Source: Aureliella sp. (GTDB taxonomy: Bacteria; Planctomycetota; Planctomycetia; Pirellulales; Pirellulaceae). Taken from it: a DNA stretch of 64,000 bases. The stretch covers positions 2,720,001 through 2,784,000 of the forward strand of contig OY829846.1 in assembly GCA_963691875.1 (NCBI GenBank), in the 5' to 3' direction. Below are positions 29,509 to 38,625 of this stretch, piece after piece. The notes under the pieces were generated by a model. The model made no database searches. It was not told the DNA's origin and saw only the letters and a program-made list of their open reading frames with translations. Within the stretch, counting starts at the first letter, position 1. The number at the start of each line of letters is the position of its first letter. A program made the translations under genes and the position numbers.

Positions 29509-31224
29509 ATGGTAGTCCGTAGAATTGGTCAGATCCTAGTCGACTTGGGCTTCATCACCGATGAGCAGCTCGAGGTCATTCTGGATGAGCAGCAGCAGCG
29601 TCCCGGTGCATTGCTAGGTCGTATTGCCGAGGACATGGGGCTCATCACCGACGATCAGCTGGCTCAAGCTCTCGCTGAGCAGCTGAACATGCAGACGGTT
29701 CAGCTTTCAGACGTCTCCTTGCCGCCGGACGTCGTTGAGAAAGTCTCCGAGACTATGGCGCAGATGTATCGCATTGTGCCCCTGAAATTCGATGGGAATA
29801 TGTTAACCGTTGCGACCTGCGACCCGCAGAATCTTGCGGTTCAAGATGAGCTTCGAACCTTCCTTGGTTTCGATATTCAGATGGTTGTCGCCACCGAGCG
29901 AGACATTCAATCCACGCTGGATCACTACTACTCTTCGGAGATGGATTCGGTCGAGAAGATCATCGAAGAGCTGAATGCAGATGAAGAGCTCTTCCAGGCG
30001 GCACAAGCAGTGGGCGTCGACGGTGCTTTCAACCTGACCGATGCCGAGGCCCTGGCCGACAGCGCTCCGGTTCGCAAGCTGCTGAACATGGTATTGCTGC
30101 TGGCGATCAAAGATCACGCTAGTGACATTCACTTTGAACCCTTCGAAGACGAGTTCCGGATCCGCATCAAGGCGGAAGGTGTGCTCTACGAGATGGTTCC
30201 TCCGCCTCGTCACTTGGCCTTTGCGATCACAACGCGAATCAAGGTCATGGCGAACCTAGATATTGCCGAGCGACGGTTGCCGCAGGATGGTCGGATCGAG
30301 TTGATGGTCGGTGGTCACCCGGTGGACTTGCGTGTGAGTGTTTTGCCGACGATGTTTGGCGAAAGCACGGTCATGCGGATTCTTGACCGGTCGGTTGTCT
30401 CGCTCAGCCTCGACAACGTCGGGATGGATGAGCACACGCTGACCGAATTCCGTCAGGTTATCGATCGTCCAAACGGAATTGTTCTAGTTACCGGGCCGAC
30501 CGGGTCGGGAAAGACAACGACCTTGTATTCAGCTCTGAGTGAGATGAATGACATCAAGGATAAGTTGATTACGACGGAGGATCCTGTTGAGTACGATATC
30601 GACGGCATCGTGCAGATTCCAATTGACCACGGAATCGGCGTTACCTTTGCTTCCTGCTTGAGAGCTATTTTGCGGCAGGATCCAGACACGATTCTGGTGG
30701 GCGAGATCCGTGACATTGAGACTGCGGAGATCGCAGTTCAAGCTTCGCTCACTGGGCACTTGGTGTTCAGCACATTGCACACGAACGACGCACCGAGTAC
30801 GGTCACGCGGATGAAGGACATGGGAATTCCAACCTTCTTGATCACCGCTTGTGTTGAGGCCATTTTGGCGCAACGTCTTGTGCGGCGGATTTGCGCGAAC
30901 TGTCGCGAAGAAACTACGGTCAGCAAAGAGATTTTGATGGACCTCGGCATCGATCCCGAGGAAGCGGCGGACAAGAAGTTCTATCGCGGAGCTGGCTGCG
31001 ACAAGTGCAACAACACCGGTTACAAAGGACGTGTTGGTCTGTTTGAGCTGATGATCATGAACGATGACTTGCGTGACATGGTCATGAGTAACGCAACGAG
31101 TGACGAGTTGCGCGATCGTGCAACCAATTATGGAATGATTCCACTACGACTCTACGGGATCAACTACGTGTTCCAGGGAATTACCACCGCAGATGAAGTT
31201 CTGCGTGAGACGATTGCTGATTAA
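29509..31224 (+). CDS. pilB: GspE/PilB family assembly ATPase (copy 2) with MshEN N-terminus
   Basis: RIGQILVDLGFIT...LLGRIAEDMGLIT MshEN repeats; Walker A GPTGSGKTTT; LRQDPD; CANC...CDKC. Confidence 0.92.
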   Translation: MVVRRIGQILVDLGFITDEQLEVILDEQQQRPGALLGRIAEDMGLITDDQLAQALAEQLNMQTVQLSDVSLPPDVVEKVSETMAQMYRIVPLKFDGNMLTVATCDPQNLAVQDELRTFLGFDIQMVVATERDIQSTLDHYYSSEMDSVEKIIEELNADEELFQAAQAVGVDGAFNLTDAEALADSAPVRKLLNMVLLLAIKDHASDIHFEPFEDEFRIRIKAEGVLYEMVPPPRHLAFAITTRIKVMANLDIAERRLPQDGRIELMVGGHPVDLRVSVLPTMFGESTVMRILDRSVVSLSLDNVGMDEHTLTEFRQVIDRPNGIVLVTGPTGSGKTTTLYSALSEMNDIKDKLITTEDPVEYDIDGIVQIPIDHGIGVTFASCLRAILRQDPDTILVGEIRDIETAEIAVQASLTGHLVFSTLHTNDAPSTVTRMKDMGIPTFLITACVEAILAQRLVRRICANCREETTVSKEILMDLGIDPEEAADKKFYRGAGCDKCNNTGYKGRVGLFELMIMNDDLRDMVMSNATSDELRDRATNYGMIPLRLYGINYVFQGITTADEVLRETIAD

Positions 31225-31230
31225 TGAAGT

Positions 31231-31290
31231 TATAGCCCGAAACGCAAACGCGGCGGAAGACTTGAGATTCTCGCTTACGCCTCGGGGATA
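31231..31290. repeat. Degenerate REP-like intergenic inverted repeat
   Basis: TAGCCCGAAACGCAAACGCGG...TCTCGCTTACGCCTCGGGGATA imperfect palindrome, resembling from memory the planctomycete TAGCCCGAAGCGCAAGCGAG-type repeat. Confidence 0.45.
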
Positions 31291-31385
31291 AGAAGAACAA
31301 GAAAAACTACGAACCAGTAGTCCTATGATTGCGGTTCATGATTGATACAACTTTTTCAAAGCTTTAAGTAACGAGGAAGAACGCC

Positions 31386-32819
31386 ATGCCTACATTTCAG
31401 TTTGAGGCTATGGACGCTACCGGCCAAGAGATTAAAGACATCATCGAGGCGGAAAACGAAGAAGAAGCGCAAACCACTATTCGGCAGATGGGCTACTTCG
31501 TTACCAAGATCCAGGTAAAGAAGGGCCAGGCCAAGGTTGCTGCAGGCCAGAAGAAAAAGCGGCCTTTTGCCATCGGTGGTGCGAAGACCAAGCACATTTG
31601 TGCCTTCACGCGTCAGCTATCGATTCTGCAAGACGCAGGTCTGCCGATTCTTCGAAGCCTGAAGATTCTGGAGAACAACAACAAGCCCGGGAAGCTGAAA
31701 AATGCTTTGATGGATGTTTGCGATGAGATTGAAACCGGCTCGACGCTCTCAGAATCGATGAGCAAGTGCCCGAAGGTCTTCAATCGCTTGTACGTGAACA
31801 TGATCAAGGCCGGTGAGGCCGGTGGTGCTTTGGAAACCATCCTGAAGCGTCTTGCTGACTTCTTAGAGAGTGCCGAATCGCTGAAACGAAAAGTAAAAGG
31901 GGCTTTGATCTATCCAGCTGCGGTTGTATTGATCGCGAGTGCGATTCTAGCTTTGATCATGTGGTTGATCGTGCCAACCTTTAAGGACATGTTCGAAGAA
32001 TTCGGTCTCGATCTTCCTTCGATTACCGTCTTGTTGATCGCGATGAGTGATTACATCGTTTCCTATTGGTTCTTGTTGCTGCTGATTCCGTTCTGTTACT
32101 GGTTATTCAGTAAGTTAATACGGAAGTTCCGGCATGGCCGGATGGGTTTTGATATGTACATTCTCAAGCTGCCGGTCTTCGGTGCCTTGATTGAAAAGAA
32201 TATCTTGGCCAGGACAACTCGGACCTTGGGTACGCTGATTTCATCCGGTGTTCCTATTCTCGAGGCTCTGAACATCACCCGTGAGACTTCGGGCAACGCT
32301 TTATTTGAGCGGATCTTCACGAAAGTTATCGAAGCGATTCGAGAAGGTGAAGTGATCTGCAAGCCGATGCGAGATCACTCCACTCCCGGCTTCCACCCGA
32401 TTGCCATGTTCTTCTGGGCGCTTATGGGTAGCTTCCCGGGCGTCATGATTTTGTCCGTAGCACTAACTGCTGGACGCGGCAGCGATCAAGAAAACTCCAT
32501 GGAATCACTTTTGATGATTGGAGCTATCACTTGTGGAGCGGGAGCCGCGTTGGCTTGCTTGTTCTACTTGGTCAAGATGCGAAGCCGAGTGATTGATGAG
32601 TTGGTGGTCAACATGGTGGACGTCGGGGAAGAAACCGGTGAGCTGGATACCATGCTTTACAAAGTCGCCGACACCTACGATGACGAAGTGAATGTGATGA
32701 CGGAAGGTTTGACGCGATTGATTGAACCGCTGCTGATTGTATTCCTTGGGGTTTCAGTCGGTTTTATCGTCATCGCCTTGTTTATGCCGCTTGTAACCAT
32801 GATTTCGTCCTTGGCTTAA
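31386..32819 (+). CDS. pilC: GspF/PilC inner-membrane platform protein
   Basis: FTRQLSILQDAGLPI, YVNMIKAGEAGGALE, ALIYP, GEETGELD and IEPLLIVFLG...LFMPL motifs. Confidence 0.95.
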   Translation: MPTFQFEAMDATGQEIKDIIEAENEEEAQTTIRQMGYFVTKIQVKKGQAKVAAGQKKKRPFAIGGAKTKHICAFTRQLSILQDAGLPILRSLKILENNNKPGKLKNALMDVCDEIETGSTLSESMSKCPKVFNRLYVNMIKAGEAGGALETILKRLADFLESAESLKRKVKGALIYPAAVVLIASAILALIMWLIVPTFKDMFEEFGLDLPSITVLLIAMSDYIVSYWFLLLLIPFCYWLFSKLIRKFRHGRMGFDMYILKLPVFGALIEKNILARTTRTLGTLISSGVPILEALNITRETSGNALFERIFTKVIEAIREGEVICKPMRDHSTPGFHPIAMFFWALMGSFPGVMILSVALTAGRGSDQENSMESLLMIGAITCGAGAALACLFYLVKMRSRVIDELVVNMVDVGEETGELDTMLYKVADTYDDEVNVMTEGLTRLIEPLLIVFLGVSVGFIVIALFMPLVTMISSLA

Positions 32820-32958
32820 GCCGAGAAGTTCGTCGCGTCTTAGCCATGCTGAGACGCGTTAGCTGTACCGCAACAAACACAAATACATTTTTACGCTTGC
32901 CAATCGATCCGCGGGGAGTGAGTCGTGAGGCGACTAAATGAGTCGGAGGTATAGGACC

Positions 32959-34086
32959 ATGCACTGCCGAACCAACAGACATTTTGCTCGCCGAGGTTTC
33001 ACCCTAGTCGAGCTGTTAACCGTGATCGCCATTATTGGCATTCTGGTTGGTTTGCTTATCCCCGCGGTTGGCGCAATCCGGCGTTCCGTTCGCTTGAGCG
33101 CTTTTGCGATGGAAGTAAAAGCGATTGATAATGCCGTAGAGCAATTCAAAAACAAGTATGGGGACTATCCTGCGGATGGGTCTGATAAAGCGACGTTCAC
33201 TCGGGTCCTGCGCAAGGCATTTCCTAATATGGCGCCAACGGAAATAACTTTGCTTGCTGAATTCAGTAATTGGAGTAACCGTTCCGCAGTTGGGATTATG
33301 GATCCAGCGGAAGCACTGGTGTTCTTTCTAGGAGGGTTCAGCGATGATCCCGCATACCCAATTTCTGGTCCTGGAGGTCCGATCTTTGTTTCCAATTCTG
33401 GTCTGCAGGTCAACTCAAGTGCCTGGAGTGCCAATTCTCTGGTGCAATACAACTCGACGCGCAACAATCCGTTGTACGATTTTGGTCAGGGCAACCTCGC
33501 CATTGAGGTCGTCGGCGGGTTGACGGTTTCAAATGACGAAGCGCAGATTGTCGGCGGAACAAACGATTTGATGCCTACCTACTCCTTATCGGGGACTACT
33601 GCACCGGTCGTTTATTTTGATAGCCGTACCTACGCGTTCTCCGCGCCATCCCAACTCAATCCAAGGCGGACAGTTCGGTACTACAATTCTTACGCGCCGG
33701 CAGCTGCGAGCGGGCTTGGAGGAGTGGCGCGGCCCTACAAGTCAGAGGAAATTGCGACAACGATCTTACACCCAGGAAGCCCTCCTGGTCCGCAAGAACA
33801 TGAGTTATGGCAGCGCGCTGACATGCACTTTAAATACGCTAACGCTCAGTCTTTCCAGTTAATCTGTGCCGGTCTGGATGAAGACTACGGAGGAATACCG
33901 CGGTTTGGTAACGGCGCACCGCCGGTGTTCTACCGCTACGCGAGCGGCTCGCAATTAGACATAGGAGACCCAACTGGTGGTTCAGGTTTCAGCCGGTATA
34001 CCGAAAGGTCCGGAGAGCCAAGTGCTCAGTTGGACAACGTGGTGAACTTCGCGGACAGCACACTGGAAAACGCGATTGACCAATAG
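32959..34086 (+). CDS. Large type IV pilin/GspG-like pseudopilin
   Basis: [19 protein letters not shown] class III signal; AVEQFKNKYGDYP and FQLICAGLD GspG-like motifs; GGAGG RBS. Confidence 0.88.
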   Translation: MHCRTNRHFARRGFTLVELLTVIAIIGILVGLLIPAVGAIRRSVRLSAFAMEVKAIDNAVEQFKNKYGDYPADGSDKATFTRVLRKAFPNMAPTEITLLAEFSNWSNRSAVGIMDPAEALVFFLGGFSDDPAYPISGPGGPIFVSNSGLQVNSSAWSANSLVQYNSTRNNPLYDFGQGNLAIEVVGGLTVSNDEAQIVGGTNDLMPTYSLSGTTAPVVYFDSRTYAFSAPSQLNPRRTVRYYNSYAPAAASGLGGVARPYKSEEIATTILHPGSPPGPQEHELWQRADMHFKYANAQSFQLICAGLDEDYGGIPRFGNGAPPVFYRYASGSQLDIGDPTGGSGFSRYTERSGEPSAQLDNVVNFADSTLENAIDQ

Positions 34087-34283
34087 TCGAAAGGAATTGT
34101 AGCCCTGAAGTTGCATAGAAGTCGAATGCGTGTGCGAAACCGATTTCTATACGGTGTAGGTGCTTCAATTTGAGAGTAATGCTTCGGATTGAGACGAAGG
34201 CGGTGAGGCCATCAGGCGAGGTGAGTTTTCAAGTTGCCCTGCCTGGCACGAGCTTCTACAGCTGCATGAGTAAAATAACAGTG

Positions 34284-35699
34284 ATGAAGAAAGAAATGAA
34301 AACAGCACAGAATCGAAAGCAAGGTTTCACCTTGATCGAATTGCTCGTCGCCGTTTCCATTCTTGGAACCATGGCAAGCTTAATTCTCTTTGCCCTCGCT
34401 GGAGCGCAAACCGATGCACGAGTCGCGCGTACTCGTGGCACGATTAGCAAGCTGAATGAGATCATCCTGCAGCGATGGGAAGAATATCGCTACCGAGCAG
34501 TGAATGTAACGTTGCCTCCATCCTTGCAAACAAATGTGGTCAATGGTGCAGCAACGTCCGCTGCCCTGGCCAAGCCGGTATCGCCGCGAGAGTTGGCTCG
34601 TGTTCGCATGGTTATGTTGCGTGACATGATGCGAATGGAGCTGCCTGACCGAGCTTCTGATGTTCTCTTCGGCCCAACGGAATACACCGTGGCGTTTCGG
34701 AATCCGGCGGCGAATAGCGGGACTGCGGCAGTCAATTTGCCACGTCCAATCCCTGCTGGCTGGGGAGTGATCTACAACGCACTCCGCAGCCGAATCGAGG
34801 GGCTCAAGAATGATCCTCGATACGCGGCGAACTGGGCATCGGCGAATATGGTGAACATCAATGATCCAGCTCAAGGATTTTCTGTTTCGGCTTTGGCTCC
34901 TTCGACCGGGCCGGCCTTCCTCGGGAATCCGCCTTCGCGTGTGGAAAGCACCTTGCCGGCTTGGACCGAAGCGATTCAAAGCAGTGAACTGCTCTATTTG
35001 ATCGTGTCGACCAGTAATTACAGCGGTTCGTCCGCTTTGGAACAGTTTCGCCCAACCGAGATAGGTGATACGGACGACGATGGCTTGCTTGAGTTTATCG
35101 ACGCCTGGGGACAGCCCATTGTTTGGCTGCGCTGGCCAGCAGGATACTCAGGTGACCTTGTGCGTTATGCAGGTGCCGATGCGATGGACCCACTGAAGAC
35201 GGACTGGCGGTACAGGGCACAAGCCGGTGGAGCTCCCGTTGATGAAGACTGGCATCCTAGAACTCTTGTTCCGTTAATTATGTCACGTGGCCAGGATGGA
35301 CAGCTCGGCGTCATCACCGATTTCTTTGATCTCGATGGCGGTATACCTCCGATCGCCTACGCCACGATGACTTGGCCGACCGCCAGCTCTGGCAAGCCTT
35401 ATGGTACTGGGATTTATGGTGTCGCTGGCGTTCATTACGGTGCAACGGGGCCGTACTATTACCCTGATCCGAACTTCACGTACGACTATTCCTCCGGTTT
35501 ACCCAATCAAACTGATAGTGAAAAACCCTGGAACATAGATGGTGCTCGGGGTGCGATGCATGGTTTCCGTCGCAATCAAATTGGAGCGATTCCGAAGTAC
35601 ATCGACATCGACTTCAATGACCTTGATACGCCGGGAACGATTGTCAACGACGTTTGGCAGGACAATATCACTAGTCATGACATCATCTTGGAGCCTTAG
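34284..35699 (+). CDS. Large prepilin-type protein
   Basis: KQG|FTLIELLVAVSILG; DTDDDGLLEFIDAWGQP; SRGQDG; DNITSH end. Start approximate. Confidence 0.88.
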   Translation: MKKEMKTAQNRKQGFTLIELLVAVSILGTMASLILFALAGAQTDARVARTRGTISKLNEIILQRWEEYRYRAVNVTLPPSLQTNVVNGAATSAALAKPVSPRELARVRMVMLRDMMRMELPDRASDVLFGPTEYTVAFRNPAANSGTAAVNLPRPIPAGWGVIYNALRSRIEGLKNDPRYAANWASANMVNINDPAQGFSVSALAPSTGPAFLGNPPSRVESTLPAWTEAIQSSELLYLIVSTSNYSGSSALEQFRPTEIGDTDDDGLLEFIDAWGQPIVWLRWPAGYSGDLVRYAGADAMDPLKTDWRYRAQAGGAPVDEDWHPRTLVPLIMSRGQDGQLGVITDFFDLDGGIPPIAYATMTWPTASSGKPYGTGIYGVAGVHYGATGPYYYPDPNFTYDYSSGLPNQTDSEKPWNIDGARGAMHGFRRNQIGAIPKYIDIDFNDLDTPGTIVNDVWQDNITSHDIILEP

Positions 35700-35702
35700 G
35701 CC

Positions 35703-37091
35703 GTGAAGCAACTGCGATCCAGAAAGGGTGTCACACTCATCGAATTGCTCGTCGTGATGGGCGTCATCACCCTGCTAGCCACCTTAGCTTTGAATTCCGT
35801 CAAAGGCTTGTTGAGTGACCGTAAAGTCAAGCAAGCTGGGCGGCTAGTCGAGCAGTACTTGGAATCAGCCAAAGTTCGAGCCATCACCACAGGGCGACCC
35901 GTTGCGGTCTTCCTGGATCGTGCGCAGATCCAGCCGGACGCGGCTGGTAACGCAGTCCCGCAGAATTACACATCAACGCGTCTGAGTATGGGGGAGGTAT
36001 TTCCTCCCTATCGTGGAGACGTCGTCAATGCAAAGGGCTCCTTGTGGGACTTCCCTTTTGATACGCTCGCTCCCGAGCGAGTGGGAGATGGGCATGCTGA
36101 TCAGATTCGCTTTTTCCCGGCCGATGTATTTAGTGGATTTGGGATTCCAGGCGGAGAGCCCGGGTTCGTAAGTGTTGGTGACTTGATTGAATTCGAAGGG
36201 GTGAACCGGCGATTTCTCATTGAGAATGTGACGACGGTAAACAACAGCGACGGTGGTGTTCAATTTGCGGTAACATTTTTCAATCCACCCGCTCCGAATG
36301 TTTACAACTCAGCTCTTGCCATGAATGGCGTTAAGCCAGGTGACCGACCGAATTACATTCCGGATTACTCACGTGAAATGCCGGCATTGCCGCTGCCAAA
36401 TGCGTCCAACAGTTTAGGGGCACCCTTTGCGGATACGCCGAGCGCCTCCCTGGTGCCTCGAACTGAAGTTGGCTTTCGCATTTATCGTCGTCCAACAAAG
36501 TCGATGGTCGGAGCAGTGACATTGCCGCGTGGAACCTGCATTGATCTGTTTGCATCAGGTTTAGGACTGCGAGATTCAGCCAGCAGTGGTAGTGCCATGA
36601 ATGCGTTGACTTATACCCCGCCTTCAGCAAGAAACGCAGCGTTTGGCAATGCAGACGCTTTCACACCTTCCAGTTTCAATCGAGTTGGGATCGCATTCGA
36701 TCCGGCAGGCAAGCCGACGTTAATGTTTGCTGACGAAAACCTCGACAGTGGAGCTGCTACCTTTAACGGCGTAGCCCAGTTTGAAATCACTTCTAAACTG
36801 CAACTGCTTGTCGGTCGAACGGATCAAGTCAATGCAGTTCTATCGCGCCCGACTGAGGCTGATCGAGATGCTGCGTTTTCGAACGTGCTTGATCCTGGAA
36901 ACACCTGGGTAACGCTGAATCCGCAGACCGGGCTAATCACAAGTTCGCCTGTTGCGGCTGTCAATCAGGCGATGGTGGATGCTTGGACTGCGGCAAGAAC
37001 AGATGCTCAGCGCAATCAGATTTATCGCAATGCGGTAGCGCAAGCCAGGTCGATGTCTTCCAGAGGAGTGAGAGATGCCTCAAACAACTAA
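35703..37091 (+). CDS. Large prepilin-type protein (GspH/FimT-like)
   Basis: RKG|VTLIELLVVMGVI; YLESAKVRAITTGRPVAV resembles the FimT/GspH 'AR..A' helix; IAFDPAG; VTLNPQTG. Confidence 0.85.
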   Translation: MKQLRSRKGVTLIELLVVMGVITLLATLALNSVKGLLSDRKVKQAGRLVEQYLESAKVRAITTGRPVAVFLDRAQIQPDAAGNAVPQNYTSTRLSMGEVFPPYRGDVVNAKGSLWDFPFDTLAPERVGDGHADQIRFFPADVFSGFGIPGGEPGFVSVGDLIEFEGVNRRFLIENVTTVNNSDGGVQFAVTFFNPPAPNVYNSALAMNGVKPGDRPNYIPDYSREMPALPLPNASNSLGAPFADTPSASLVPRTEVGFRIYRRPTKSMVGAVTLPRGTCIDLFASGLGLRDSASSGSAMNALTYTPPSARNAAFGNADAFTPSSFNRVGIAFDPAGKPTLMFADENLDSGAATFNGVAQFEITSKLQLLVGRTDQVNAVLSRPTEADRDAAFSNVLDPGNTWVTLNPQTGLITSSPVAAVNQAMVDAWTAARTDAQRNQIYRNAVAQARSMSSRGVRDASNN

Positions 37092-38517
37092 GCCTCTCCC
37101 TAATTGCCAGAATTCTGAACGGCAAAGTGAATCGATGCGACCTGTAGCGGCAATTCGCTCACGTCGAGCAGCGACGATTCTTGAAGTCTTGTTTGCAATT
37201 TTTGTGGTGATTGTTGGCCTGATGGGGATTGCATCTCTGCTTCCTCTAGCGGGCCGAAACGCTCAGCAGAGTAATGATGCAACGAACGCGCTAACGCTGG
37301 GGCGAATTTGGGAGAATGAATTTATTGCTCGTGGCATGAACAATCCCAGTGAGAATACAGACAACGCAGTTGGCTTCAATTGGTTGTACCAAGTGGATGG
37401 TAACGCCGCGCAGACGGGTCTCGCCTTGTTCAACAAGAACCCTGCGAGTACTACGCCCAATCTGAGTGAGCCAGGACATAGTGCATTAATAAGAAATCGA
37501 ACCTGGCAGCAGATGTCGGTATGCATCGACCCGCTTTTCATGGCGGAGCCGGATGTTGTTTCTGGATTTGCATCGGGAACTGCTAGAGCTGGTGCCTTTC
37601 GGGCGGCCGTTTTCCCCTATTACGAACATGGTTACAACCCGACGGAAGATGCGGCAAAGGAGCGTGGACGCGCACCATGGCCGGATCAGCCTCGAATGCT
37701 ACGTGTCACGTTAGGCGGTGGCGGTGGTCAAATCCCACAACTTTTGGCACGAGAGCTGTTTCAGTCCACCGACGGTCTGGCAATGCTCACTGACGATACA
37801 GATAAGACTATCCCAGCCTCTCGCTCTTTCTCCTTTACCTCGGGCTTGGACGGAACAATCGGCCCGAATAAACAGAGTCGAGTGGGTGACTACAGCTGGT
37901 TTGCAACGCTTTCACCCGAGTTTTCGGCTACGCCTACGATCGCGACAGACGACTATGTTCTTTCTCTAATCATTTTGGGAAAACGCGATCTGGGGTTCGC
38001 ATCGGAAGAATCTCCCCTGCGGGTTGGATCTGAGTCCAGCAGGCCTCAGGGCGAGCGAGTTGTGTGGGTGCACCCGCTGTCTGGGAACTTTGTGGGTGGC
38101 AATTCCGGACGAGTAAGGCTGATCGGAAATTCAGCCATGAATGACCAAGTGCAGATTGGTAATTGGATCATGCTGAGCAAGCATGTTGCTTTCGCAGATG
38201 CGACAACCGGCTACTCGGTCTTCCGCTGGTTTCGAGTGATTCAGGCTGACGCCGAACCGCGACGCGGGCTGTTGGCAAATTTATTACCAGCGGGCACCGA
38301 CCCTTTTGGAAACAGCGGTGATGAAGAGGTTTGGTCTCGCGATGTTGTTCTGGAAGGCCCTGACTGGGCATTCTTCTATGACAATCCGGCTGATCCAACG
38401 CGTGCGCCAAGTCAGGTTGCGCCGGTCGCCACGGGAGGTCTGCTCCCCGCGCCGACAACAGGAACATTGATGTCGCATATCATCACGGTCATTGAACGCA
38501 ATGTTCATGTTGACTGA
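37075..38517 (+). CDS. Large prepilin-type protein (PilV/GspI-like)
   Basis: RRA|ATILEVLFAIFVVIVGLMGIASLLP PilV-like N-terminus; position in the operon. Confidence 0.8.
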   Translation: MPQTTKPLPNCQNSERQSESMRPVAAIRSRRAATILEVLFAIFVVIVGLMGIASLLPLAGRNAQQSNDATNALTLGRIWENEFIARGMNNPSENTDNAVGFNWLYQVDGNAAQTGLALFNKNPASTTPNLSEPGHSALIRNRTWQQMSVCIDPLFMAEPDVVSGFASGTARAGAFRAAVFPYYEHGYNPTEDAAKERGRAPWPDQPRMLRVTLGGGGGQIPQLLARELFQSTDGLAMLTDDTDKTIPASRSFSFTSGLDGTIGPNKQSRVGDYSWFATLSPEFSATPTIATDDYVLSLIILGKRDLGFASEESPLRVGSESSRPQGERVVWVHPLSGNFVGGNSGRVRLIGNSAMNDQVQIGNWIMLSKHVAFADATTGYSVFRWFRVIQADAEPRRGLLANLLPAGTDPFGNSGDEEVWSRDVVLEGPDWAFFYDNPADPTRAPSQVAPVATGGLLPAPTTGTLMSHIITVIERNVHVD

Positions 38518-38625
38518 CCACCCAGAAAAACACTCCATTGCACCTGGACTCGTCTCGAGTAACATTTCGTTAGCCAGTTGCCGACTAAATTTGGACGCCT
38601 TCTTTAGAAGTCGCAGGAAAATCGG

